DNA of 64,000 bases from Phoronis australis (taxonomy: Eukaryota; Animalia; Phoronida), in contig NMRA01000621.1 of NCBI GenBank assembly GCA_002633005.1, forward strand, positions 1 to 64,000, in the 5' to 3' direction. Positions 24,613 to 37,073 of this stretch are shown in pieces. The notes beneath the pieces were generated by a model. That model saw nothing but the letters and a program-made list of their open reading frames with translations, did no database searches and was not told the origin of the DNA. The position numbers were made by a program, and so were the translations under genes. The first letter of the stretch is position 1. Each line of letters opens with the position of its first letter.

Positions 24613-25890
24613 ACAAGAGCAACGCGGAGCGTTGAAATGCGTGCACGAATCCATTACAAATGGTGTGCTTTTAGGGTTATTTATTTGTATCATAAAAATG
24701 GCCACTAAATGGCGCAAAACATACAATCCATCCAAAAACAGGAACGTGCCATATTTCATAAAAATCTGTCAAGGAACTTCAGAAAAACAAAGGAAAACAG
24801 AATAAAATGAAATTGCCACTAGTGGGCACAGTGTCCGTTGGATCCGCCTGAAAGTCGTCGTCGTCTGCTGTTATCTTCATATAAATACACTTACTAAATT
24901 TGGTAAAGATCCTGCAGTGGGTTTAAGAAATAAAACTATGGGCGGAAAACAAAACTACCACTAAAAGGCGCCACAGTAGTCAGTCACCATCATCAAAGGT
25001 CGTCTTCACACCGAGAACATATATGCCAATTTTCAAATGATTTGGTTGATACAGTGGTGGACGCCAAAAAAGATTTGAAAACAGCAAAAATAGCCACTAG
25101 ATGGTGCAAAATACCTCGACTACATCCAAAAACAGGAAGATAGCGTCATCACACCAATAGATGCCTATATTTAAAATTTTATGAAAATATGTTGAGGACC
25201 TTTGAAGATACAGAGTTAAACGTAAAAAACTAAAATTGCCACTTGGGGGCACAGCAGTAGTCAGATCTGTCCGAAAGACGTCGTCATCCGTAGTCAACAT
25301 CATATAAATACACTTGCTAAATTAAGTAAAGATCCTGCGAACGTTTTAGGAGATACAGCCACAGGCGCAAAACAAAACTGCCACTAGGAGGTGCCACAGT
25401 AGTCGAAATCGTCGGAAAATCATCGTCAACCGTCCTCTTTATAGAAAGCACATACATGCCAATTTTCACAATCATCCTTTGAGCGGTTTGGTTGATAGAG
25501 GGATGGACGCAAAAAAACAGACTCGAAAACAGTAAAATGGCCACTAGGTGGTGCAGACTACGTCGAATCCATCCGAAAACGGGAGGATAGTGTCATTTCA
25601 CTAATAGGTGGCTACATACCAAATTTCAGGAAAATCCGTCAAGGACTTTTGAAGATAGAGAGGTAAACCTAAAAAAATAAAATTGCCCCTAGGGGCCACA
25701 CCGGTAGTTGGATCCGTTCGAAAGTTGGCTCATACCGTCTGATCCATGAAAGGATCACATATGCAAAATTTCATGAACATACCTCAATCGGTTTTGGAGA
25801 TAGAGCAGCGGACGCCGGACGAACGGGAGGACGGACGGACGCAGATGACGGCATAATGCGTCCACATACAAATATGTGGGCGCATAATAA
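24613..25890 (-). mobile_element. DINE-1/HINE-like (Helentron-associated) non-autonomous element with internal tandem array
   Basis: One end has the palindrome atgcgtccacata-caaa-tatgtgggcgcat (25856-25885) next to a (ggac)n microsatellite. The other end has acaagag + hairpin caacgc-gga-gcgttg (24620-24634) + subTIR atgcgtgcac. Between them lie ~145-bp subunits arranged in three-subunit higher-order repeats starting at ~24695, ~25087 and ~25534. Confidence 0.8.
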
Positions 25891-26059
25891 GGGGAGATAA
25901 TTTCTTCTCTGTGGCTGAGACCAATAAAACGAAGAAGGGCAATTTAATAAAACACAGTTTTAATAGTTACAAACTGTGCGACACCTATTTACAACTTGTC
26001 TAAAATACGAGTCCAGATAACAATACATCGGTTAGGTAGAAGCAAAAAAATAGCAAATG

Positions 26060-26220
26060 AATTTATTCAAAATATTGAGCCCCAATGGCTGTTGTAGCGC
26101 GCCCTATTGTAGCGAAAACTGAGTGACCTTGTCGGCAAGAACAAAGTCTTTTGAGACAAGCCCCAGCGTGGAATCGAACCCAAAACTCACGTTGCAGCCA
26201 CACGCTCTGCTGGCTGAATT
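26060..26220 (-). mobile_element. tRNA-derived SINE-like fragment
   Basis: Minus-strand B box ggttcgattcc (26170-26180), followed by a short body and aataaa. Confidence 0.4.
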
Positions 26221-27149
26221 CAAATCCAACAAGTACATAGTATTTTAAGGGTATTTAACTAGTAAAGTCACGGACTTCGAGAATTCGCAATTTGTAATAA
26301 AATCGCAAAAACGCAATCGATTTTGTTGTTTTATAGCTCTGGTCAAAGTAGCAACTTCAAAAGTCTATCCCATTCAGTAATAACCACAAACTGCTTTATT
26401 CAGCTGCAAAATGAAAACCCCTTTAAAAAGTTGCATGTTGCTCCGACTAAATTGTAAAAATGCCAGTATATCAAATAAATGAACAAGATGAGTCTCCCTT
26501 CCAGCTTGCTCATCGCGTCAGTCTTATTTCCCTAGCAGTTACTACAAATTTTGAACTCTGTAGAAACACAGACTACAGTACATTAATCACCAACTTCAAA
26601 TATTTTCAATACACAAAATATGGGATCCTGCACACAGGCCACAACCAATACCATTGGCCGCGAAGTCACTATTCACTAACGCAGCCTGGCGTGATGACAC
26701 GTTTTACTTCCGGCGAGTACGTCGTCTGCTCAATAACCGAAAGCTGAGATGAGCACTAGAAGAGACCGCTAACTTCTCTACAAATTTCACAGGAAAATAT
26801 CAGAGCTGTGAATTTGTTGTTTATTATCCACGGTAGAACGCAAAACCCAGTCTTGAATAGTAAAACGGCCATAAATCTGCGCTACATCCAGAAGCGAATT
26901 TTAGTTCCTTACTCAGATGAAAAGTAATTTCTGGGTTGCGAGAACTTACAGCTTGCCATTAGTTGAGAACATGCGCGACTCGTAAAATGACACGCCACAA
27001 CAAGCAACTTACAGAGTACGGTCTCAAACAATAACTAAATCCTGAAACAGTTCTCAGCTGGACTAAGGAACAATTTGAAGCGATAAGTGGTATGAATGAA
27101 AAGTTAGTTTTTGGGACGAATGGCAGGTTTATGCCTATAACCACATTGG

Positions 27150-27532
27150 CAAGGGGAGAGTCAACAATTGGTCGGACTTCAAGACCAGCTGGCTGAACTG
27201 CAAAGCCAAATGTTTGGCCTGACCTAAAACGGGTTGGCCGGTGCTCAAAAACAATGGCCGAAAAAGTCGCCGATTTTGCCTATAACAAACAGTGGGTGTC
27301 CTTTGAGACTTTTAAAACCAGTCTCTGCCTTCTTTCATCGCCGGCCAACTAGTTGTAGCGCCGGCCCTCGCGTTTTGGGTCCAATCAACTAGATTTTAGG
27401 GTGAGACCATTGCGTTTTAAAGTCCGGACAACACGTTTGAATCCCGTCCATTTGGTTTTGCAGTCTGGCCGACAGGTTTTGAAGTCCGGGCAAGCGGTTT
27501 TGAAGTGCGACCAATTGTTGATTTCTCCCTTG
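27150..27532. mobile_element. Fold-back/MITE element with ~37-bp TIRs
   Basis: caaggggagagtcaacaattggtcggacttcaagacc pairs with ggttttgaagtgcgaccaattgttgatttctcccttg. Confidence 0.75.
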
Positions 27533-27662
27533 ATTGAGTAATAACATTATCAGATCAAAAAGTCTCAGACTCAGGGTAACTGAGGCCATAAACAAGGGTG
27601 TTACATGTGATTCTGACAATTGTGTTTTACAACACATCAGGACTCGCATAAACACGGCAATG

Positions 27663-27873
27663 CAATGGGAATGTTTTTATTTGATCTAAGTCTCCAGTCG
27701 GTCTTCTTCTCACGCTCGCTCTTGATCGCGGAGTTATCTATTGTAGCCATCTCCACGTAGTTCTCTGGAAGAATGTCTCCGTTCTTCTTTTTATACACGG
27801 AATAAAGAGAGGTAATGCAACGCCAGCTCAGCCAATAGAAAAGCTCCTGCGGTGTAAAATGCAATCCTGTAGC
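27663..27873 (-). repeat. Tandem duplicate (220-bp period) of the SLC16 last exon and its AATAAA
   Basis: Aligns with ~27882-28094. It retains VEMATIDNSAIK, has two 1-nt deletions, and the stop TAG is replaced by AAG. Confidence 0.9.
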
Positions 27874-27922
27874 AACTAATACAATGGGAAATGTTTTTAT
27901 TTGATCAAAGTCTCCAGAGGGT

Positions 27923-28119
27923 CTACTTCTGGGGCTCGATCTTGATAGCGGAGTTATCTATTGTAGCCATCTCCACGTCGTTGTCTGGAAGAGGGCCTCC
28001 GCTCTTCTGTTTTATACAGGGAATAAAGAGAAGGTAATGCAACGCCGACCCAGCCAATAGAAAGGCTCCTGCTGTGTAAAATGCAATCTTGTAGCTTTTA
28101 GTTTCGTCGTACACAGCGC
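27923..28119 (-). CDS. SLC16/MCT-family transporter, coding exon 6 (TM12, stop)
   Basis: Acceptor tttcgtttcag. Reads (G)AVYDETKSYKIAFYTAGAFLLAG...IEPQK*. AATAAA at 27901-27896. Confidence 0.9.
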
Positions 28120-28814
28120 CTGAAACGAAAGCAAACATCATGAAGAATACAGCACTATCCTCAATCAGATTTTCTTACCCACCCGAGACTTCAGCAATGT
28201 CGGGTTTTGCGATAACACTCTGTGAAGTCTCCACAAGTGAAAACTTCGTAGAATGTCACTAGTGAGGAAGCTAGCGTGATTACATGCTTCCCTTGCATGG
28301 CCATATCTCGCGAAGTCGTGCGAGGTCTTGTATTTCTCGTAAGAAACTAGGTCTAGGGTATGCACGCCTGGAGACAGCACCTGAATCGCTAGAAATACAG
28401 CCCTGGTGACTCTATTACTCGCGCTGAAAAATGGAAAAAGTCCGGCCTCTCTTTGAGCTCCCATCACCTTCAGTTATCTTGGCACCCAGTGAACACGGGC
28501 ATGGGACTTGCGTTCTGTAAACGCTTGAAACTCCCGGAAACGCAAGTCTGCGAGGTATCGCCATACATGTCATGCGAAGCAAAATCTCTAGGTTTTGCTG
28601 TCTTGGATCGACAGATTGCAATCCACTTCGTGAAAGCAACCGCACAGGCAGACATAGTGCCGTCTTAACCACAGAGCCCATTAGGCACTTGCTCGGGGAC
28701 CCCACCAAAATCACCGGAGCTCCACGCCGAGTTATGTTTGTCACAGTAAAAGTCTAATGATGCAATCGATTAAGCACAGAGCACCACTTTGCGGTCACAA
28801 GATCCCACACAACT

Positions 28815-28978
28815 CAGTGGCGGATTTAAGGGCGGGCCAAGGAGGCCATGCCCCCCCCCCTAAAATTCTCCAAGATTCCATTTGGCAGTACGGGGGTGCG
28901 ACTGTCTGACGGGCTAAATCCTGGTTAATAATCTGCCCTGCACCAACCCCCTAACTCAAAATGCTGGATGCGCCCCAG
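28815..28978. mobile_element. hAT-like MITE (CAGTGGCGGAT...ATGCGCCCC)
   Basis: GC-rich terminal inverted repeats. A second partial copy is at 14030-14145. Confidence 0.7.
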
Positions 28979-30504
28979 CAACTTTATAGCAATGTGACGT
29001 TATTTTACCTTTAGAGTTGCGTCGATCGAACTGTCTTTGAGAGTTTAATTCTCTATATATAAAATGTGGGCTTAAAGGTTTAGTTGGTTGGAACAATTCA
29101 AGAAGGAATTGAAAGTAGTGAATGAAAACCCAGTTGATATTACATGTCTTTTGAAGCTGAATGTCTTCGATCATGAGACTGTCTTAAGTTGCCGTTACAA
29201 ACACTGAATTTTGCAAGGTAACACGATAGAAGCATTCCTCCTTACTTTGGACTGGCAAAGCCAGCAGACGTCTACTCATTGGCCGATATTAGCTTCGCTT
29301 CTGAAGAGCAGAAAACGAAGTGCGAGCACAATTGTTAAACTGCATCGCGAACACCTTTGTCACGGTGACCTGTGAGTGTCTAGACCACTATTTAATACTT
29401 GATGACTTAATACAGTCTTTGAATTGTACAGAAAAATAAATTCCCACACTTTAAAATCAGTGTTGTCAAACCTGTTTTTGTGCGTAATGGAGACAAATTG
29501 TGGTGCAGAGAATTTTCATTTACAAGTCTGAAACGTGTGAATAATCATACCGGCAGCGTTTGAAATACACGCTGGCCTGTTAGCCCGGGGCCAGTGGATT
29601 TGCGGCCGGGCCAGTAAACTTTCACATATACACGTAGGTATATGTGGATGGGGTCTGGTATTCAAGTAACCGGAGAAGCACATTTATTTGCAAAAGCTTT
29701 AACACTTCATACCCGCACACCGAAGCAGCAGTGTTTGGACTAGTTCTCGTGACTTTGAGAAAGCAAGATCACACAAGACCGTGCAAAATAACGTGAGTGA
29801 AAGGGGAGAGTTTCGCGAGTATGCTCCGCAGCTGGTACCCGTGGCAGAAGTACAACTTGTAATCTATCGCTGGTATCAAAGTAAGCACCTTACCTTGCAA
29901 AACGGACATCACCAAGCGCTTGGTCAGTGAGGTCGCAATGCAGAATCATGGGATGCCCATGGCATTTACGGATACAACCATTTTCAGAAAGCGTAGCCAG
30001 TTCACAAGGGCTTTTGTCATAGGCGAGATACCAGCGTCAGTCGACTTAAGATATTCTGTGCTAGAGTACATTATGATTTACGTAGATCACTGTCTAATCC
30101 TAGTTTGCCATTGATCGTCACAGCGTTAAAGCTACACGTTCGAGTCTGAACATAAAATTTCACGTTTTCATTCGAAATATCGAGTTTTTACCCGATTCAG
30201 ACTCCAATACAGCGGTCACTAGGTGCGAACCTGGACTGGAAATTCATGTGCATGAGCCACAATATACTCCAGTACACAAAAATAGATACTTACCTTGAGG
30301 TTGTACAAAAGTAGAACGGAAAATAAGATAAAGGATTTTGAATTTAAGTTCGAGTATACAAATTATATTCCAGTCTCAGAGTAATAAGACTTCGTAGTTT
30401 CGTTCTTTCATTGCAGCGTCAGTGTTTTTGACCGCATATCTACAGTCTTGGTTACAAATCAGTCTATTACACTTCGCATTCACAGTCTGGGTACTACAAC
30501 CAGG

Positions 30505-30650
30505 GGAGCGTTCTGTAACGCTAGGACCTACGCTAGGACCTAGCTAAAATCTATCCAAAAATCCCGTGTTCTCATTTAAAATACACGATTATGTATCACG
30601 TGATCTCGTGAAGTGTTGTTTTAGTGCGGTCCTAGTGTTACTGAACTCTG
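30505..30650. mobile_element. MITE family 1 copy
   Basis: gttctgtaacgctaggacc ... ggtcctagtgttactgaac, with a core shared with 5468-5608. Confidence 0.8.
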
Positions 30651-30714
30651 CCCAGATGTCCAATTACATTGTAGTCCAGCCAGGAAGGTGAGTTAAAAGC
30701 GCATCTATACTCAC

Positions 30715-30840
30715 CAGCAATGGGGGGTCCAGCGGTTGAGGCGACCCCACGAGCCAGCGTTAAAATTCCGAAAGCCGTTGTCAGTTGGTCCAACCCCAGA
30801 AGATCACAGAGAATGATCGACGTCAGGGATATGTAAGCAG
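30715..30840 (-). CDS. SLC16/MCT-family transporter, coding exon 5
   Basis: Acceptor ctttttgtcctctag, donor G|gtgagt, 126 nt. Reads (S)[41 protein letters not shown](G). Confidence 0.93.
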
Positions 30841-32152
30841 CTAGAGGACAAAAAGAGTTTCTAGAATCTGGAAACTTTGCAGAACAGCATCCGGTCATGT
30901 GACATTGATGAATTCAGCTCATGTGGTGGTCTTTCCAGGAAATGGGAGGTTTATGTAGACTCTGTTGACAACGTGAACAGTGCCTTTCTAGGTGAGTAGG
31001 CTTGAGAGCATGAAAATGCTCTCTGTTTTGCAAGACATCAACAAAATTCATCGGTGCCACGTTTACCATCACCATAACCTGATGAAAATCTTCGATTGTC
31101 GGTTAATGCTCATTTGCCTTGAACAACCTCTAGACAACTCCAAACATCCCAATAATGTCACGTGCCCGCTTAAGGGTCCCAACTTTGACCTATAGTCCAC
31201 GCACAATAGAACTTTAGTGCTTTAACTGAGGAAACTGGCCATTGAGATTTTTAAAGCGGTGTGAGAGGGAGTGGGTTGCTCAGGAGACACTTTCGTTTTG
31301 ACTGAGAGACAGCGCTGCAGCTGTAACAGCAGGTGTTGTTACCAAAACTAACCGCAGTTGTGAAGAGATCGAATTTGAGTGTGTTTTCGCCATAATCGAG
31401 CAATCTCTTTAGTGAAGAGCGTAGAGATGAAAATACACGCGTATCCATAAGGCGCCCAGAATTTAAGCCCAGCCCGATACTCCCAGTTAATGGATAGAAA
31501 AACTAGCTTTTCTGCCGGTAGCAGGATGTAGACGGATAAGGTATGCTTATATTGGTCATATTTCGAATCGTTTCTTCGTTTTCTGCTGATGGTGAAATCC
31601 ATATTTGACATGGAGGCCGTGCAAATTTTCATTCCGTGATGATCAAATATAAACAGTGCAGTAGTGTTGTCTTGCACTTCTCAATTCTTTTTTGGGTATG
31701 TGTCATAATTTCGTTTCGCGTACGCCACCCAACGGTTCGTTAGAAAAGAAATGTGTTTGTAAACACAATAATTGCAGTTTATTACAAACGGTTTTTGAGG
31801 TTCTTCGTGAGATTGCCCGCGTGGTGTGTATATGAGTTTGTCTGAATATTCTGTGTGTGTGGTGTTCCTACTTGTTGCAGTCCACCGATGAAGAAAAGAC
31901 TTAATTTTAAACGCAGGCATCCTGAACTCGCGTTGCTAGACAAACTTGCTTTGACTTGGCGACGATAACAAACACATCTGATTTTTTCCATATTTCGTGA
32001 ACTCTCGATTTTGTTACAGAAAAGTCGACACATTCCCTAATCACGGGGTTGTGCTGGGGTCTGACTCGATACTTGAGTAAGAAATATGGTCCCACGCTCT
32101 ACAAAACTATTTCCGAAAATTTCTTACAACTCAGACCACTGTGTACACTTAC

Positions 32153-32332
32153 AAATTAGGAGCCCAAATGATGCGCAGTAGATCACTAGCGACACGTAGT
32201 CCATGCAGAAGGGGCTGAGAATTGTGGCCACGGCCGCTAAAGTCATCGTGATGTTGTTGACCCAGAGGGCGTCGATTCTGGGGTGGTCCGCCACTAGGCC
32301 AAACAAAACACGCCCGATAGTGTTAGTTATTC
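32153..32332 (-). CDS. SLC16/MCT-family transporter, coding exon 4
   Basis: Acceptor ttcatttcag, donor T|gtaagt, 180 nt. Reads (G)ITNTIGRVLFGLVADHPRIDALWVNN...FGLLI. Confidence 0.93.
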
Positions 32333-32613
32333 CTGAAATGAATTTAGACAGTTGTGGTCACCGTTTTCCTGGCACCAGCGTACAGTGTATTTCCTTAAAG
32401 CGCAATCACGGAATAAGGGAAGAAAAAACATTAAAGATGCCATGTCTCATAAAATCGTGAATATTTAAATTTGTAGCAAGGGCCACCTTGGGACTTCCTG
32501 GAGAACTGTGTGTACAAGTTTTAGGAAAAGAATCAATTTGAAAATAAATTGCGGTTTTATAAAAAACACGACAACTGATACAAGTGTAAAGGTATTTAAA
32601 AAATCTAGTAATT

Positions 32614-32722
32614 CCAAATATAACGCAGTTGTTATTTGATAGCGAAATGAACAAATATAACGCAGTTGTTATTTGATAGTGAGATGAACAAATATAACGC
32701 AGTTGTTATTTGATAGTGAAAT
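32614..32722. repeat. 37-bp tandem repeat, ~3 copies
   Basis: Unit caaatataacgcagttgttatttgatag(c/t)ga(a/g)atgaa. Confidence 0.85.
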
Positions 32723-33740
32723 GATCAAATAACAAAAAACTGTGCCTCGTTTCATTAGGGTAACAATGACATATTACCTTACTCATTGACATAACAATAG
32801 TCTCACAAAACGAGACTTTTGCGAGATTGGTTCTCGGTTGGTTTCCGGCACACCGGAAGACCCGGGGATGTTTGTAAACTAGTACTCCAAAGATTTGCAT
32901 ATTCACAATTTAATGAGACATAACGTCTTTAATGTGAAGTCTCCAACAGGCGTATGCCTTCCGGGGTTGAGGGAGAGTGTCTCATCCCCCGCCAAAGGAT
33001 TATGATCGACATTGTAAGTGATACGAGTATTTGGCACCGGTTTGCATGGAAAATATGAGTTGATTTGTTAAGCAAAATGTTGACCCGGGATAAAGGGGCC
33101 GTGTAATTTGTCAGGCAAAACGTCAGGACAACAATTGCAGAACGGAAACGTGTTGGGTAAATTTGTACTCAAGCCCATCCGCCATGTGAAAACACTAGTT
33201 TCGACCCAAGTGTTTTTTTGTCTTATTTTGCCTTTTTCGATAGAATGCAAGTTTCCCATAAAGACAACACGCCTTGTTGTTTTTTGAGGCTAAAAAATCT
33301 CTTTTGCATCAATTTCTGCCCATAGCTATCGTGTTTTTATTTCCAAAAGTTGCACAAAGGCACGTGAGGGTAAGTAAGCTTTGAAACGCCATGATTTGCC
33401 AAGGGATGAGTAAAAAATAATAATCCCTGTATCATTTCAGCGAGTCACGGTGAATTTTCTTCTTCGAAAAAGTGGGCAACCAAAACAAATCCGCACCACC
33501 AACTCTATTTTGAAGAAAACAGATATCAGAACCAACTATGCTTTTTAGCCTAATAAGGTACAAATCGTGTATTAGTACTTTCGAAAGGCACTTGAAAAAT
33601 ACACTACATAAATACATCGCCATGTCGAGGCTAGCAGTCCCATTTATAATGCACAAGCATACAGATATGTAAATGGTTACACAGTAAACATTGGACAGAT
33701 AGACTATCACAATTATCATTTGTGTGTCAAGTGCACCTAC

Positions 33741-34958
33741 CTATAATTGATAATAAGAAGGAGGCTTTGCTTTCTTCAATACCGAGCAAGACAGCTCTGT
33801 CGGTAATGTAAACGAACGGCACGTAGAAACCAACCATACCAAATATATTCGCGATGCAAATTATGAGGAATCCGTAATTTTTGAATATCTTCAGGTTCAA
33901 CATGCGACTCAAGACATCAGTGAACGGTTTGGGACAACAGCAACACAGCACTCTCCAGAACTTGGATTCGTCCTCCATTTGGCCTATATCCGGAATAGAG
34001 GTGATGCTTGTGATATAGGTCTTCATGTCCGGTTGTGACCGGAACTGATTGATGTTGAGAACACTTCCGCTGTAGAAGATGTCCTGACGGTAGAGGGGGC
34101 GGGCGTAGTCTTCTTTTTGGATTTTGTCCTGGCTTTCGGCTCGCTTGACCGCCTTCTCCCAGAGAACCGATAAGCTGCTGCCTATTTTACTTCTGTGGCT
34201 GGTCCCGGGTACAGCCAAAAGGCTATCACCTGGTTGTGCGTCGGCATCATCTCTAGCGTGCTTATTTGACGCCGGTAGTCGCGCTGCAGCTTTTCCGTTC
34301 ACCGGCTGGCTACTGCTAAGAGATGGCGTCGTACGAGTCGGAGATCCAGCCATTCCGTTCGAGTCACTATGCCGGTGGTTGTTTTCTTGTATTGTTGTCA
34401 AGCTTGACGAGGAATCGGAAACAATCACCCTCGGTACACTGCTAGATCCTGCTTCACTGTGCGTGGGGCTTGCTCCTGGAATCGGAATTGGCTTCGTCGG
34501 ACTCGTCTGGTCTCGACTGCTCCGTTGACTACGCATAGATTGGTTTTCAGATATGGATTCCTCGCGCAAGCGATTTTCACGCGCCAGTTTCGCTTCCTCC
34601 AACCGACCTGCTATTTCGTTATCGTGAATGCTTTCGGAGTCACCACGCCCCCTAGTACGTTCTTTCAACCTGTCCAAAACGTTTTTAGAGCGTGGCTTAG
34701 ATTTCTTTTTGGTCACCGTGGGTGTCAACGGGCGCATTAGCGCACCGAAGAAACAGCTGTTTAGGATGATCCCGGCCATGATAAACATAGCATTCTTCCA
34801 GTCGTAAAATGACAAGAGAGCGCTAGAAAGGGGTGCGAATATGAAAGTGCCAACTCCCGAACCGCACACGGCTATTCCTGTCGCCAGAGCCCGTTTTTTC
34901 TCAAAGTAGTAGCCAACACTGACAATCGACGGCAGGTATATCATACCGAATCCGACAC
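33741..34958 (-). CDS. SLC16/MCT-family transporter, coding exon 3 (TM4-6, long cytoplasmic loop, TM7)
   Basis: Acceptor tatcttttcag, donor G|gtaggt, 1218 nt. Contains the SLC16 signature YYFEKKRALATGIAVCGSGVG and a Ser/Pro-rich loop with RPLYRQDIFYSGS. Confidence 0.97.
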
Positions 34959-35600
34959 CTGAAAAGATAAAAGGTCACTCAACAAATAAACGGACGCAGA
35001 TTAACTAAAATTCTTTGATTTCAGTAACTCATTCATTCTCATTTCCTTTGCGGCTTTGCACCTTTCACGCAATGAAGTCAAATAAAAAGGTCTATCATAT
35101 TAGCCAAATGAACACTAGCAACCATTATCATTAGCCTTTTTCAACCAGTCAGTAAACGTAGATTGTACTCCCTCAGGTATGACACTCACTTTAAGACACG
35201 TCTGCTGTATGTGCGTGTGCGAAAAAAGTCATTTTCTAGCCTGGCACGTAGACAGTGACTCCGCTTCTAGCAGACCAAAGTAGAGACGGTGAAGCTTCTA
35301 TTTTTACCACTCCCGCCAGGAGCGCTAGGAGTGTTAAAATGGCCAGATTTGGGCAACTGAACGAAGGACGGCTCGAAGAAAAAGTTTGATTATGGGAGTA
35401 TCTAGGAGAAAATAAAGACATCGATGGCCTCCTAAGGTGTCCCTGTATGAGCAAAAGGTACTTATAACAACGTGTTTTAATCATTGTGAGGCATAATTCG
35501 CCGAAAGGCTTCCGGCTCCTATATAGGAGCTTCACCGTCTCTACTTTGGTCACCTAGAGACGGTGGTCACTGTCTAGCCTCGCACGGTGTCCACACATAC

Positions 35601-35744
35601 CTCCCATTACTCCGTAAGTAAGTATTAGAACTTCTACATTGGGGGACAGTGTTGACAAAAGGAAGGCTACAGTCGAGATCAAACTTCCTGCGATGACCAC
35701 GGGGCGACAGCCAAACTTGTTTGTCATAGCACTGACCAGAGGAC
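35601..35744 (-). CDS. SLC16/MCT-family transporter, coding exon 2
   Basis: Acceptor gctgtctttcag, donor G|gtatgt, 144 nt. Reads (G)PLVSAMTNKFGCRPVVIAGSLISTVAFLLSTLSPNVEVLILTYGVMG. Not in frame in the ORF track. Confidence 0.93.
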
Positions 35745-36270
35745 CTGAAAGACAGCACCACGTATTTCACACAACTGCCACATGGAAAGAAACGGATAAC
35801 ATCGTACGCACATGAAACCATCCGGAACACCTCGGGTATTTCCGCAGCCTCAAATTTACCCTCGCATGTGAACGGTATCACACGGAAAATCATTCTCGAG
35901 TTTGAATGACACATGTTGATTGAAGTTCGCCTATGCGAGGTGTTCGGGATTAGCTGAAACATGTAGCAAAGATTTAATCAAGAGATGGGCGTGACCAAGA
36001 GGGTTTAAGTTTTTGCAGGACAGTAGCTTTGCCCTGGTTCAGAATACATAATATATTGTGAAAGAATTTTGTTGGTAATTTTAAATAATCCACAACAAAA
36101 ATTACGTAAACAGCCTTTTAAAACGCGAGTTTAAGACCACAAAGGCCAAGTAAACATGTCTGACGATCGAAATTTCACCCCCAGAGTAAAACCGGATTAA
36201 CTTTTTGGACTAATGTTTCTATGACCAAGCAACTTTAATAAGGAGTGAGTCAAATAAATGTCGAACCTAC

Positions 36271-36544
36271 CACAACAAAGATATGTTCCTGCCAGCAAGG
36301 AACCGACTAGTGAGGTTTTCCCTTTGGAGTCTTTGAAATAATCCAGAAACTCGATATATAGCACCCCGAAGCAGTAGGCTATGCCGTCCACAATGATGTT
36401 GTTAAAGAAGGAGGCCACTACGATCACCCATCCCCAGCCCCCATCAGGTGGTGTTGGGATATATACACCGTCACTCTCCGTGGATGCGTCCGATTTTCCC
36501 GACGCGTGTCTCTCCCTATTCGAGTCTTTCGATTCGCCGCCCAT
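36271..36544 (-). CDS. SLC16/MCT-family transporter, coding exon 1
   Basis: ATG at 36544 and the PPDGGWGW SLC16 signature; donor G|gtaggt. An upstream acceptor atgttttttcag at 36619-36620 implies a further 5' UTR exon upstream. Confidence 0.95.
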
Positions 36545-37073
36545 ATTAGAGCGTTTTCTCAAAGGTGGCGTTTAGCGAGCAATAATCCTCAGATCATTGT
36601 ATTTCCGCTACAGGTCGACTGAAAAAACATTAAAAGACATCGAGCATCATTTCTGGTACCAGTCGGCGATTTCCTTATTTTGTTTAGAGAAAACGAATTA
36701 ACGGACACTCAGTATTTCAATACTTCCAAGCACATAGCACGACCGGACGATGCTAACACGTCCCTCCAGAATCGAGAAGCGCGTTATCGTCCAACTCTTA
36801 GGCATAAAACTGTAAATGATGTTGCTGATCAATTGAAATTTGGAATTTGTCCATTAATCGCCTATAATCCAACCTAGCTCGGGTAGGTCAAAGGTGATGC
36901 CGAGGCTCCTAAGATAAGCACCTGTAACAGTTCAGGGTCAACTTTAAAGCAATGCTTTCTGACAAAAAGTGGCCTCTGGGTGCGAGACAAACTGAAAGTT
37001 TGATATGTCTAAGTTCAGAACAAGCTCATAAAATATCAGGTCTAGTTGGATTGAGGGACAATTTGAGATCAAT

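Noticed and set aside
28165-28757. Cluster of ORFs in the last SLC16 intron
   Set aside because: No recognisable motif, partly overlaps a dispersed repeat, and no compatible splice model.
34124-34740. Plus-strand ORFs of 134 and 93 aa
   Set aside because: Antisense shadows of SLC16 exon 3.
35567-35962. 131-aa minus-strand ORF
   Set aside because: Overlaps SLC16 exon 2 out of frame.
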